Below, one piece after another: positions 18,532-28,275 of a DNA stretch of 64,000 nucleotides (positions within the stretch are counted from its first letter, which is position 1; every line of letters starts with the position of its first letter). A program made the translations under genes and the position numbers. The notes beneath the pieces are model-generated. The model did no database searches, was not told where the DNA came from, and saw only the letters and a list, made by a program, of their open reading frames with translations. The DNA comes from Bacillota bacterium (GTDB taxonomy: Bacteria; Bacillota; Sulfobacillia; JAJZYS01; JAILZS01): contig JAILZS010000007.1 in NCBI GenBank assembly GCA_023512375.1, forward strand, positions 894-64,893. The letters are read 5' to 3'.

Positions 18532-20262
18532 TTACGCCATCTCTGCACCGCCCACCCTGGGCGTGGACATCGCCCTTGCCGGTCGATGAGGGCGGGCCTG
18601 GAGCAACGCCTGGGCGGCGCGGCGTCCTTGGGCCATGGCGGCCACCACCGTGGCGGGACCCGTGAGCGCGTCACCCACGGCCCAGACCCGCTCGGCCACA
18701 GGGCGGGCGGCCAGCTCGAGGTACGCGTCCCGCTCCGCCACCGCTTGGGCCAGAGCCGGCGCACCGGCGGCAAGGCCGCTCGCCATGATGCGGCGGGGAA
18801 GAGCGGTCGATCCCGGGCGGGGCCGCCGAACCGGCAGGCGCACCCCGAGCGAAGACGCCACTTCCTCGTCCACACGATAGCCCATCGCCAACACGACCCG
18901 GTCGGCGGCCACCGCCCGAGGCGGCCCGACGATGCGCGGCGTCTCGAAGGCGGTCGCCTGGCGCGTGGCGGCCACTTCCACCCAGCGCTGGCCGGCCTCC
19001 TCCCGCACGGCGGTCACCGAAGTGAGGAACTCCACCTCGACGCCTTCCGCCCGCGCTTCGGCCAGCTCGTCGGGGCGCACCCGAGCAAACGCCTCGGCCA
19101 TCCAGTCCAGCGCCAGCGCCCGAGCGCCCAGGCGAAGCGCCGTCCGCGCCACGTCCATCGCCGTGTTGCCGGCGCCCACCACCACCACCCGCGTGCCGGC
19201 GCCCACGTCCGCAAGTGCGCCGCCCGCTGCCAAGGCGTGTCGGGCACGGCGCAAGAAGGAGGTGGCGTCCTCTACCCAGGGCAGGTCCGCCCCCGGGACT
19301 CGGAGCGACATGGGAATCGTGGCGCCGAAGGCCAGGAGGACGGCGTCAAAGCGGTCCAGCAGCTCCGCCCAGGTGGGGTGTCGGCCCACGTCGGCGCCGG
19401 TCGTCAGCTCGACGCCGGCCGCCAACAGCGCCTCGAGAGGGCGACGGGCGACCTGAGGCGGCAGGGTGAAGGCCGGTATACCCCAGGCCAAGACGCCCAG
19501 CGGCTCCGGTTCGCGTTCGAACAGGTGGACGTGCGCGCCCTCCTCCACCAGTGTCCAGGCGGCGGATAGCCCAGCCGGTCCCGTGCCGACCACGGCCACC
19601 GAGCGCTCCAGGCCGGCGCCCATCACCGTCGGCCGAGCCGGCGGCGCGACCGGCGCGCGATCGGCGACAAACCGCTCCAGCAGGCCGATGGCCACCGGGT
19701 CGGCTCCCGCCAAGGCCCAGGAACAGGCGCCTTCGCATTGGCTGGCCTGGTCGCACACGCGGCTGCAGACGTCCGGCATCATGCTGGTCTGCCGCAGAAC
19801 GGCATGCGCGCGCGCCAGATCGCCGTCGCGCACGGCGGCGATGAAGGCAGGGATGTCGTTATGCGCCGGGCAGCCCTGGACGCAGGTGGGATCCGGACAG
19901 CTCAAGCAGCGGGCGGCCTCCGCCCATGCTTCCTCCCAGCTCGTCAGTCCGCGCCGTGTCTCGGCGATGCTGCCCACCATGGGGTCGGGCAACCGATGCG
20001 GTGGGCGTTGGCGGAGAGGCACCGAAGGTGAGCCCTGGATGGCGATGGCGCCGAACGGACAGGTGCGCTCGCATTGCCGGCAACCGATGCACCGCTCGTC
20101 CTCGCCCGCCGCCATCCATGCCGCGGTGTCCAGGTGGAGGGCTCCGGCGGGACAGCGAACGACGCATTCCTGACAGCCCGCGCAACGACCGACGTCGATC
20201 TCGATGCGGCGGCCGGGCGGCGCCTGGCCGATTTCGTACGGCAGAGCAGCGGAAACCGCCAT
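18532..20262 (-). CDS. Ferredoxin-fused GltD/NfnB-like FAD/NAD(P)H Fe-S oxidoreductase
   Basis: Two N-terminal CxxCxxCxxxCP motifs, EAARCLSCPDPTCVQGCP, CSRVC...CEGAC, GTGPAGL, GAGNTAMD, GDALTGPATVVAAMAQGR. Confidence 0.88.
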   Translation of the reverse strand: MAVSAALPYEIGQAPPGRRIEIDVGRCAGCQECVVRCPAGALHLDTAAWMAAGEDERCIGCRQCERTCPFGAIAIQGSPSVPLRQRPPHRLPDPMVGSIAETRRGLTSWEEAWAEAARCLSCPDPTCVQGCPAHNDIPAFIAAVRDGDLARAHAVLRQTSMMPDVCSRVCDQASQCEGACSWALAGADPVAIGLLERFVADRAPVAPPARPTVMGAGLERSVAVVGTGPAGLSAAWTLVEEGAHVHLFEREPEPLGVLAWGIPAFTLPPQVARRPLEALLAAGVELTTGADVGRHPTWAELLDRFDAVLLAFGATIPMSLRVPGADLPWVEDATSFLRRARHALAAGGALADVGAGTRVVVVGAGNTAMDVARTALRLGARALALDWMAEAFARVRPDELAEARAEGVEVEFLTSVTAVREEAGQRWVEVAATRQATAFETPRIVGPPRAVAADRVVLAMGYRVDEEVASSLGVRLPVRRPRPGSTALPRRIMASGLAAGAPALAQAVAERDAYLELAARPVAERVWAVGDALTGPATVVAAMAQGRRAAQALLQARPHRPARAMSTPRVGGAEMA

Positions 20263-21800
20263 CACTCCGCACCTCCCATCGCGGCGTACAGGAGCATGAG
20301 CGCGACGCCCACCGCGGCGACAAAGGCCAAGGCGACCGCGGTGAGAAAGCGCGGCCGCCGCGCCTCACCGCTCAGGTCGCGCCGGACGATGCTACGGGTG
20401 GCGTACAGGGAACCGATCGTGCCCAATGCCATGACCGCCATCTGCACGTGCACCACGCCGCTCGTGGGCAGGAGGCGCACGCTGTACAGGTGCGAGTGTG
20501 CGGTGCCGAAGAGGTTCCAGCCCAAGTCGAAGGGATCGGAGATCGCGGGTACGATGCGCAGCGCATGGTCGCATAGCTTGGGAAGCTGGCGCGCCAGGTA
20601 GTCGGCCGCGATGACCGGGATGAGGCCATAGCTAAGCGGCGTGAGCCAGCGCTCCAGCGCCTGCCAGCGCGCGGCGCGGGCGAGGGGACGGGATACGGCT
20701 GCGCCCACCGCACGCAGCCCGGAAGAGGGACGTGCGAACACCGCCCGCAAGCCAGCGACGTAGCCCACCACCGCCGCCATCGTCAGAGCGACGATGCCCA
20801 CGTAGTCGACGGGGTTGGGATACCCAGGAAAGTGCAACGTGCGGTTCAACCAGGCGTCCACCGGAGCGTAGGGGGCGAGCGCGTTCACCTGTTGGAAGAC
20901 GACGATGCCCAGAAGGCCCAAGGCGACCACCGCGATGTCCCACCGTCGACGCACGGGCTTGACCACCGATGTAAGCGGCGGCTGAAGGTAGAGGCCGACG
21001 TTGTCGTAGGGGCAATTCTTGAAGCACTCAGAACAGAGCCCGCACATGAGGTTGGACGAAGCGCTACCCGGCCACTCGTACCACGGGCAACCATAGCCGC
21101 GCTCGCTACCGCGCATACAGTCCTTAGTCGGACAGGTGAGACAGGTGTTGCGGTTGCGGGTACGAAAACCGGCCACCATACCAGTGGATCCTACCGTGCC
21201 GATGAGTCCCGACAGCGGACAGAGATAGCGGCAAAATGTACGCCTTTCAAACACGAGGAACGTAACAAGCGCAAGGGCGATGATGAAGAACACGAGATAG
21301 CTCGTGTAGACCGGACGACCAGGCCCGGCAATGTTGAAGAACTCTTCAAACCACGTGAGGACAACGAACACGATCAGGGACGGGATGAGACCATACCGGC
21401 TCAGCGTCCTCGACCAGCGCCGTCCCAGGGTGAGTGCGCGCGGATGGCGCCGCCACAGGGAGAGCCGCTGCACCCACTCCGCCAATCCCCCGAAGGGGCA
21501 CATGAGGCACCATCCGCGCCCAACGCCCACCATGAGGAGGAACACAGCCGCGAACCAAATGTACCAGGTGATCACCGTGGCGAAATTGCGCGTCGGGTCG
21601 GCCGCGCCCAGCACGCCGGTGAGGATCACGAGCCAGAAGATGACCTGGTTGGGCAAGATGGCCAGGAACTGGAACAGGCGGCTTTTCAGGGCACGGCGGA
21701 TGGGTCGAAAGCGGCTCAGCTCCCACCCGGGGGCGGGATCCGTGGGGGCAAATATCTCCCGAGCCGCCGCTTGTTCCGGCTCGCGCAGACGGACGGCCAT
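20262..21800 (-). CDS. Polytopic membrane 4Fe-4S-binding protein (NapH/MauN/FixG-like)
   Basis: GRGWCLMCPFG, RTFCRYLCPL, CLTCPTKDC, CGLCSECFKNCP and many TM segments; RBS AGGAGG. Confidence 0.85.
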   Translation of the reverse strand: MAVRLREPEQAAAREIFAPTDPAPGWELSRFRPIRRALKSRLFQFLAILPNQVIFWLVILTGVLGAADPTRNFATVITWYIWFAAVFLLMVGVGRGWCLMCPFGGLAEWVQRLSLWRRHPRALTLGRRWSRTLSRYGLIPSLIVFVVLTWFEEFFNIAGPGRPVYTSYLVFFIIALALVTFLVFERRTFCRYLCPLSGLIGTVGSTGMVAGFRTRNRNTCLTCPTKDCMRGSERGYGCPWYEWPGSASSNLMCGLCSECFKNCPYDNVGLYLQPPLTSVVKPVRRRWDIAVVALGLLGIVVFQQVNALAPYAPVDAWLNRTLHFPGYPNPVDYVGIVALTMAAVVGYVAGLRAVFARPSSGLRAVGAAVSRPLARAARWQALERWLTPLSYGLIPVIAADYLARQLPKLCDHALRIVPAISDPFDLGWNLFGTAHSHLYSVRLLPTSGVVHVQMAVMALGTIGSLYATRSIVRRDLSGEARRPRFLTAVALAFVAAVGVALMLLYAAMGGAE

Positions 21801-22238
21801 AGGCGCACCTCCTGGCGCGAGACTACGGCCGCGCCGTGCCTATCACCAGCGGCCAAGGAACCAACGCCGGACCCAGTTGCGACCTATGGCCCAGGCCTAC
21901 TCCCGACGCGCACCCCACAGGCGACGAACGACGTCACCGATCACAGGCCCGACGGCCCATGCGTCCGGCCTACCGTGAGGGCAACGCGACGAGGCCGAGG
22001 GGCCGTGCCGCATACGTCCTTTGGGCCCTGGGCGGGCGTCGCCGGGAGGGGGCCCGGTGGACCCGTGGGCCGACGAGGCGATGGGAATCGGGCGCAACGC
22101 CGTGCCGGGCGCCGTTGCGCCAGCACGGCAACGGGGCGAAACGGCGGCGTCGAGGCGAAAGGGCGCAAGGCGAGGCAGGGCACAAGTGGCCGCGGCGGCC
22201 AACCTTCCGAAACCGAAGAGGCCGTGCGCCGGCCCCTC

Positions 22239-23228
22239 TTACCCTTCCCCCGCGCCTTCGTCCCGCGCCGTCGCTATCAGGAGCGTGTCGCCCGCCAACA
22301 CAGGCACCCCGACGGTGGGCAGGGCGAGGAGGCGCTCGCCCCGTCGGATGCAGAGCACCGTCGATCCACCCCCCTCCGCCGCTGCCACCTCCCCCACCGT
22401 GCGCCCGGCCCAGGGCATGCCCGCATCCACGTCGATCTCGCGCACCTCCAGCCGGGCGTCGTCCACCACCTGGTCGAGGAAGTCCGCCACGAGAGGCTGG
22501 GCGAGCAGGCGTGCCATCCGCAGCCCGCCCAGGCGTGTGGGCATGACGATGCGCTCCACCCCCAGGTGCCGGAGCTGGCGCTCCGCCCGCACGCTCTCCG
22601 CCCGCGCCACCACCGGTACGTGGGGCGCCAGCTCGCGCACGGCGAGATACGCGTAGAGGTTCTGTGCGTCCTCGGGCAAAGCGAGCGCCACGCCGCCCGC
22701 CCGGGCCACGCCTGCGCGTTCCAGCACGCCGTCCTCCAGGGCGTCGAGGGCCAGCACCAGGCATCGTCCCCCCTCTTCCAGGAGGCGGGCGCGGTGTGGG
22801 TCGCGCTCGATGACCACCACCGCGCCGCCGCGGCGCGCCATCTCCTCCGCCAGGTGCGTCCCCACTCGCCCGCCGCCCACCACCACCGTGTGGCCGGAGA
22901 GCCGGGCGATACGCGCCTCCATACGGCGTCCCTCCCACAGCGCCCCCAGGTCCAGCGAGACGAGTGTGCCCGCCACCACCGCCACCACCACGCCCCAGCC
23001 CGCGTACCCCAAGAGGGCGAGGCCGCCCAGGACCGCGTACTGCACCGGCGTGCGCGGTACCAGGCGCTGGTCGCCGAGCGTGGCCATGGTGGTGAGCGCG
23101 CGGTACAGATTCACGCCCAGGCCGCCGCCGAATGCCGCGTGCAAGGCCAACGTGCCCGCGGCGGCCACGCCAGCCACGGCCGCCAGCGCCGGCCACAGCT
23201 TGGCCCACACGTCCCTCGGCGTCGCCAC
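22239..23228 (-). CDS. 2-TM potassium-channel-like protein with TrkA-N/TrkA-C (RCK) domains
   Basis: TM-pore-TM topology, GHTVVVGGGRVG, VVARA, C-terminal IRRGE...LAGDTL; start uncertain. Confidence 0.82.
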   Translation of the reverse strand: MATPRDVWAKLWPALAAVAGVAAAGTLALHAAFGGGLGVNLYRALTTMATLGDQRLVPRTPVQYAVLGGLALLGYAGWGVVVAVVAGTLVSLDLGALWEGRRMEARIARLSGHTVVVGGGRVGTHLAEEMARRGGAVVVIERDPHRARLLEEGGRCLVLALDALEDGVLERAGVARAGGVALALPEDAQNLYAYLAVRELAPHVPVVARAESVRAERQLRHLGVERIVMPTRLGGLRMARLLAQPLVADFLDQVVDDARLEVREIDVDAGMPWAGRTVGEVAAAEGGGSTVLCIRRGERLLALPTVGVPVLAGDTLLIATARDEGAGEG

Positions 23229-23373
23229 CCGCGCCGCCCCCCGGCCGCCCAGCGGGCGTCGTCCATTCCCTGGTCGGTTCGTGGCCCCGCCTCCCCGCTC
23301 CTGGCGCCATAGGCCTCCCCCGTGAGGATCCCGGTTCGGGCGGCAAGCACCCGTCGGTTTCACGGCCGCCCCC

Positions 23374-24552
23374 CTAGCAGGCGCCGTCAACGACGGGGCA
23401 GACCACCTCGCCCAACGTGTCCACCGTCACCCGCACCGAGACCGCGACCGGCAGGCGCCGAAATCCCCGCTCGCTCCAATGGGCGGCCAGGGCGGGCCAG
23501 TCGCGTGCGTCCTGCGCCCGCACGTACTCGCCGAGGCCGAACACGTCCGCGCCCACGCGTTTCGCCTGGCGCAGGGCGTCGAGCGCATCCCGGACGAGGA
23601 TCTCGGCCGCGCCCTCCCTGGCGCGGTCGAGCTCCACCGGCGACCGCCACCAGTTCGGCGCCGCGCCCTCGCTGGCCAGAAGGCGCAGGGCCACCCGCAC
23701 ACGGATGTCCGCCATGGGCCCCCCGCCCTGCCGCACCACCCGGACGGACCGTTGGGAGCGGACGATCTGAAACACCACGCGGCCCGGCGGCCAAGGCACG
23801 GCAAAGGTCTGCTGCCGAACCCGGCCGGCGACGAGGAGCCATCCCAAGGCGGGAGGACCGTCCAGCCAGCCGACCAACGCGTCGCGTCGGAAGAGCGCAT
23901 CCCCGGTCAGCCGCGGCGCCGCCTCGCGCCCCGTTCCCTGGGCGGCGTCGACGACCAGCCCCGCCGTCACCGCCTCGTCCGTGTCGCTTTGCGCGTCGCG
24001 CAGGAACGAGTACAGGTGTAACGGCCGATACGGCGTGCGCTGGCGGTTCTCCACCGCCGTGTCGATGAGCACCTCGTCCGGTCTTGGCGTGACCGCCTTG
24101 AGACCGGTCAGCACGTCGTAGGCGCTCATGCCGCGGGCGACCAGCAGCCACGGCGTGGTGACCATCTCCGGAGCGCTGCCCAGCAGCGCCAGAGGGGCGC
24201 CGGCGCCCTCCCGGGCCACCGACTCCGACAAGACCACCGCCTCGACGTGCGAGAAGTCGAGGCTGAGAAAGGACATGGTCCTTAGCCTCTGGATGGCGAC
24301 AGCGAGGTCCGGCGCCTCCGCATGGCGGACCAGGACGCCGGGAACCTGACCCAACCCGGGAGACGTGGAGGAGGCCGAGGGCATGTCGACGCTCGCCGTG
24401 ACACGGTAGCCACCCCTCTCCGCGCGGTCCACCCCCAGCAGGGTGACCATGCCCGTCTTCTCGATGGGAGCGATCCCCCAGCATCCCACAAGACTGGTAA
24501 GACCGATCCCGCCCAAGAGGGCGAAGGCCGCCCGCCGCCACCGCCGGTTCAT
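23374..24552 (-). CDS. Spore germination receptor C subunit, Ger(x)C lipoprotein
   Basis: Lipobox LVGC followed by W, LGVD, LDFSHVEAVVLSE, C-terminal ADVFGLGE. Confidence 0.88.
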   Translation of the reverse strand: MNRRWRRAAFALLGGIGLTSLVGCWGIAPIEKTGMVTLLGVDRAERGGYRVTASVDMPSASSTSPGLGQVPGVLVRHAEAPDLAVAIQRLRTMSFLSLDFSHVEAVVLSESVAREGAGAPLALLGSAPEMVTTPWLLVARGMSAYDVLTGLKAVTPRPDEVLIDTAVENRQRTPYRPLHLYSFLRDAQSDTDEAVTAGLVVDAAQGTGREAAPRLTGDALFRRDALVGWLDGPPALGWLLVAGRVRQQTFAVPWPPGRVVFQIVRSQRSVRVVRQGGGPMADIRVRVALRLLASEGAAPNWWRSPVELDRAREGAAEILVRDALDALRQAKRVGADVFGLGEYVRAQDARDWPALAAHWSERGFRRLPVAVSVRVTVDTLGEVVCPVVDGAC

Positions 24553-25664
24553 GTTGCGCCGCCGCCCCTCGCCCCACCCCGGCGGCCCGCAGGCGCCATC
24601 CCGTAGACGGCGGTCAGCACCGCGGCGAACACGGGAACGCACGCCGCGCTGACCGGATACAGGGCTCGGTCCACCGCGAGGAGATTGGGAAAGAGCAACA
24701 TACTCAGCAAGCCGCTCGCCAGCGCGATGGCGGGAATCCACATGACGCTCGCGGCGGGGACCGGCACGAGGAGACACGCCAGCCGGTGCCACATCCAGAA
24801 CATGATCCCCACCTTCTCCATGGCCGAGACGATCTCGATGGGCATGACGAGGGAGTCGAGGTGTTCGAGATAGGCGCTGTACGGCAGCTCCTTCGACAGG
24901 TCGAGGAAGGGCAGGGCCAGCTCGGCGGCTCGCGCTGGGCCGAAGTCGGCCACGATCACCGCCAGGCCCGCCGAGAGAAGGACCGCCGCCAGCGCGGTCG
25001 CAAGCGCCAACGCGCTGCCGGCGCGCCGCCTGTGTTGCCCCTCCAACCTGTCCGCGAGGAGGGCACCGACCAAGGCGGGTTCCACGAGCCACAGCCATTC
25101 CAGGCGGAGCGATACCCCAATGCCCGGCGGGAAGACGCCCGGCAGGAGGGGAAGGAGCCGCACCACCTGGAGGAGGGGAAGGACGAGCATGAGGCCGCCG
25201 AGGTACGTAACCGACAACGCGGGGGCGAGGACCGCCGAGGTGCGACCGATCACGACGGGGCCCAGCCACGCCAACAGCCCTCCCTCGATGAGGATGAGGA
25301 GGGTCAAGGCAGAGATCGGCACGTTGCCCTTCACGTAGGTCGCGGCGGCGCCCTCCGCCGTCTCGCGCAAGACGAGGACGCAGACGATCCCGACGGCCAT
25401 CCACGCGCCGGCCAGGAGGAGGCGCCCCAGCCAGGCCGGGCGCACGCCAGCGGCGGCCTGCGCCAGGTCCCCCCGCCCGGCGGCCATGCTCCCGACCCAC
25501 CATGCAAACGCCACCGCGGGGGGAGCGGCGAACAGCGGCGTCTGCCAAGCGTACCGGCCGGCGAGCCGCACGAGCTCGCCCGGCACCTCCAGGAAGACCG
25601 TCGGCAGGACGCCGATGAGCGCGATCCAGAAGAGCTGCCGCGCGGTAAGCCTGCCTCGGCTCAC
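24549..25664 (-). CDS. Spore germination receptor B subunit (GerAB family)
   Basis: LTARQL, AGRYAW, polytopic membrane protein, YLEHLDSL; overlaps the A and C genes. Confidence 0.85.
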   Translation of the reverse strand: MSRGRLTARQLFWIALIGVLPTVFLEVPGELVRLAGRYAWQTPLFAAPPAVAFAWWVGSMAAGRGDLAQAAAGVRPAWLGRLLLAGAWMAVGIVCVLVLRETAEGAAATYVKGNVPISALTLLILIEGGLLAWLGPVVIGRTSAVLAPALSVTYLGGLMLVLPLLQVVRLLPLLPGVFPPGIGVSLRLEWLWLVEPALVGALLADRLEGQHRRRAGSALALATALAAVLLSAGLAVIVADFGPARAAELALPFLDLSKELPYSAYLEHLDSLVMPIEIVSAMEKVGIMFWMWHRLACLLVPVPAASVMWIPAIALASGLLSMLLFPNLLAVDRALYPVSAACVPVFAAVLTAVYGMAPAGRRGGARGGGAT

Positions 25665-27292
25665 GGACCCTTCCGGCCCCCCGCCGCCTGCGGGCGGGGA
25701 GGTCGGGCTAGGAACGACCGCCGCATGGCCGGCAGCGGGCGCCGCCACAAGACGTCCTGCAGGCCGCGCAAACGGCGGGGGCTGACCGGTGCGAGGTAGG
25801 GCACGCCGAAGGAGTCGATCGCGCATAGGTAGATCAGAAGGAGCATGAGCCCCCACATCATGCCGAACAGGCCGAACGCCGCGGCCAGCAGGATGAGAGG
25901 GAAGCGCAGCAGGCGCAGCGCCATGGCGGCGTCGCGCGACGGCACGATGAACGAGACGATGAACGACAGCGAGACCACCACCACGGCGGGCGCGCTGAAC
26001 AGGCCCGCGATGACGGCGGACTGGCCGATGACGATGGCGCCGATGATCGAGACGGACTGCCCGAGACTGCTCGGGACGCGCAGGCCGGCCTGGCGGATGA
26101 CCTCCACCAGGATCTCCAGCAGAAGCACTTCCGCCGCCACCGGAATGGGAACGTTGGATCGCGCCTGCGCGATGGAGAGAAACAATGGCGTAGGAACCAG
26201 CTGAAGGTTTACCGTCAGCAGAGCGACGTAGAGAGGGGAGACGACAAGGGCCGTCAGAAAGCCCATGAACCGTATGGTGCGCTCAATCGTCGCACCAAGT
26301 GGTCGGATGTAATAATCCTCCGGAACGTGAAGGATGTCGGCGAAGACCTGCGGCACGATGACGATGGTGGGCGATCCGTCGCAAAGGATGATCACCCTTC
26401 CCTCCAGGACGGCCGATGCGGCGACATCGGGCCTCTCGGTCGTGTGCACGGCAGGGAACAGATACGATCTGGGTACGAGCCATTGGGAGAGCATGCCGCT
26501 GTCCGTGATGAAGTCGGCCTCGACGTGGGACAGACGACGGCGAACCTCCGTCAGGAGATCGAGGCGCGCCAGTCCCTGCACGTAGACCACCGCGACCCGC
26601 GTGCGGCTACGTCGGCCGATCGCGAGCGTTTCCACCCGCATGCGGCGGCTGGGAACCTCCTTGCGCAACAGGGCGAGGTTCGTCGCCAGATCCTCCACGA
26701 AGCCCAGGTGCGGACCCTGGGAGACGAGTTCGGCCGGCGGCTCCTGGGGCTGACGCTGCGGCCATCGGGCCACGTCCCAGACCCATGCGCCGTCTGCGCC
26801 GGCAAGGATCACCACGGCCTTGCCCGCCAACAAGGCGTCCGCCGCCTCGCCGTAGGTGCGGACCGCTTCGAACCCGGGCGGGGCCGAAGGCCGCTCCCCC
26901 GACCGAAGGAGCGCCCGGGAGAACGGGCGCACGACCTCGTCGTCGAGGCGCCTCGGGTCCACGATCGTCTCCAGGTAGACGGCGCGCACCGCCTTCCCGA
27001 TCCGCCGCACGCGCAGGTCGGCAGGCGCCCCGAGGAGCCTGCGGATGCGCTCGACATCCGCCGCCCCCGCCTGCCGTATGGGCAGCCGGGCGCTGAGCCC
27101 GTCCGCCTCGTCGAGCGCGTCGTCGCAGAGAGCCGCCACCTCGCGAAGGTCCAGCGTGTCCATGTGCCTAGCATGTCGGCGGCTTGCGCCGGCATTCCTC
27201 GCCTCGCCCGCCTCAGACGACGCCGTCCGTCCCTGACGCCGCAAGCGCCCGAGGGCGGCGCGGGCGGAGCCGCGGCTTTCAGCCCCGCCCAT
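25661..27292 (-). CDS. Spore germination receptor A subunit (GerAA family)
   Basis: GPHLGFVEDLATNLALLR, TERPD...LEGRV...DGSP, EDYY, AGLRVP...IIGAIVIGQSAV, SFGVPYLAP; alternative start at 27163. Confidence 0.92.
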   Translation of the reverse strand: MGGAESRGSARAALGRLRRQGRTASSEAGEARNAGASRRHARHMDTLDLREVAALCDDALDEADGLSARLPIRQAGAADVERIRRLLGAPADLRVRRIGKAVRAVYLETIVDPRRLDDEVVRPFSRALLRSGERPSAPPGFEAVRTYGEAADALLAGKAVVILAGADGAWVWDVARWPQRQPQEPPAELVSQGPHLGFVEDLATNLALLRKEVPSRRMRVETLAIGRRSRTRVAVVYVQGLARLDLLTEVRRRLSHVEADFITDSGMLSQWLVPRSYLFPAVHTTERPDVAASAVLEGRVIILCDGSPTIVIVPQVFADILHVPEDYYIRPLGATIERTIRFMGFLTALVVSPLYVALLTVNLQLVPTPLFLSIAQARSNVPIPVAAEVLLLEILVEVIRQAGLRVPSSLGQSVSIIGAIVIGQSAVIAGLFSAPAVVVVSLSFIVSFIVPSRDAAMALRLLRFPLILLAAAFGLFGMMWGLMLLLIYLCAIDSFGVPYLAPVSPRRLRGLQDVLWRRPLPAMRRSFLARPPRPQAAGGRKGP

Positions 27293-27339
27293 GGTCCGCC
27301 GTCCCGCGCCGCCCTTAGGCCGCCCTCGCCCGGCGCCGC

Positions 27340-28275
27340 TCAGCCCAGGCGGGCGATCGCCTCGACCATGAGGCGCCAGAACGCCGGCGCATCGAGTTGC
27401 ATGGCCACCTCCGCGTTGGGCGGGCGCCCCGTCACGCCGTGCACGTCGCACACCGTACGGCCGTACGTGAGCGGGCCTAAGCACTCCACCTCCACCGCCA
27501 TGGGCCGCAGGGTGAAGAGGGACGGCTCGATCAGGTACGCCACCGTGCAGGCGTCATGCACCGGCGGGGCGGGAAAACCGAACACCCGCTGGTAGCTGGC
27601 GCCGAAGAAGTCCAAGAGCTCCGCCGCCACCCGGCCCACGCGCCCGGCGGCGCGCAGCGCCTCCACCGCCTCGGGGGTGGCCAGGGCCTGATGCGTGACG
27701 TCCAGGCCCATCATGACGATGGGGATGCCGCTTCGAAACACGATGCGGGCCGCCTCGGCGTCGAAGAAGATGTTGAACTCCGCGGCCGGCGTCACGTTCC
27801 CCAGGCCGACGCTGCCGCCCATGAGGACGATGCGGGGGATGCGCTGCACGAGCGAAGGGTCGCGCAGAAGGGCCATGGCCACGTTCGTCAGCGGCCCCGT
27901 GGCCACGAGCGTCACCTCCCCCGGGCGGGAGAACGCCTCCGTGAGGAGGTCGACGCCGTGGCGCGGGTCGAGCCCCAGCCCCGGTTCCGGGTCGGGCAGG
28001 GCCGGGCCGTCGAGGCCGCTCTCACCGTGGATCTCCGGCGCGTGCACCGCCTCCCGCACCAAGGGGCGGTCCATCCCCGCCGCCACCGGTACCCGCAGGC
28101 CGGCGAAGCGGGCCACGCGAAGCGCGTTCGCCGCCGTCTTGGCCAGGGACTGGTTGCCCGCCACGGCGCTCACCGACACCACCTCGACGGCGGGGTGACC
28201 GGCGGCGAGGAAGAGGGCCAGGGCGTCGTCGTGCCCGGGGTCGACGTCCATGTGGATGCGGACCGGCGCGCTCAC
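27340..28275 (-). CDS. Nucleoside hydrolase (IU-NH/Rih family)
   Basis: DVDPGHDD, AGNQ, IHGESGL, TGPLTN, MGGS..GNVTPAAEFN, GLDVTH, HDA. Confidence 0.93.
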   Translation of the reverse strand: MSAPVRIHMDVDPGHDDALALFLAAGHPAVEVVSVSAVAGNQSLAKTAANALRVARFAGLRVPVAAGMDRPLVREAVHAPEIHGESGLDGPALPDPEPGLGLDPRHGVDLLTEAFSRPGEVTLVATGPLTNVAMALLRDPSLVQRIPRIVLMGGSVGLGNVTPAAEFNIFFDAEAARIVFRSGIPIVMMGLDVTHQALATPEAVEALRAAGRVGRVAAELLDFFGASYQRVFGFPAPPVHDACTVAYLIEPSLFTLRPMAVEVECLGPLTYGRTVCDVHGVTGRPPNAEVAMQLDAPAFWRLMVEAIARLG

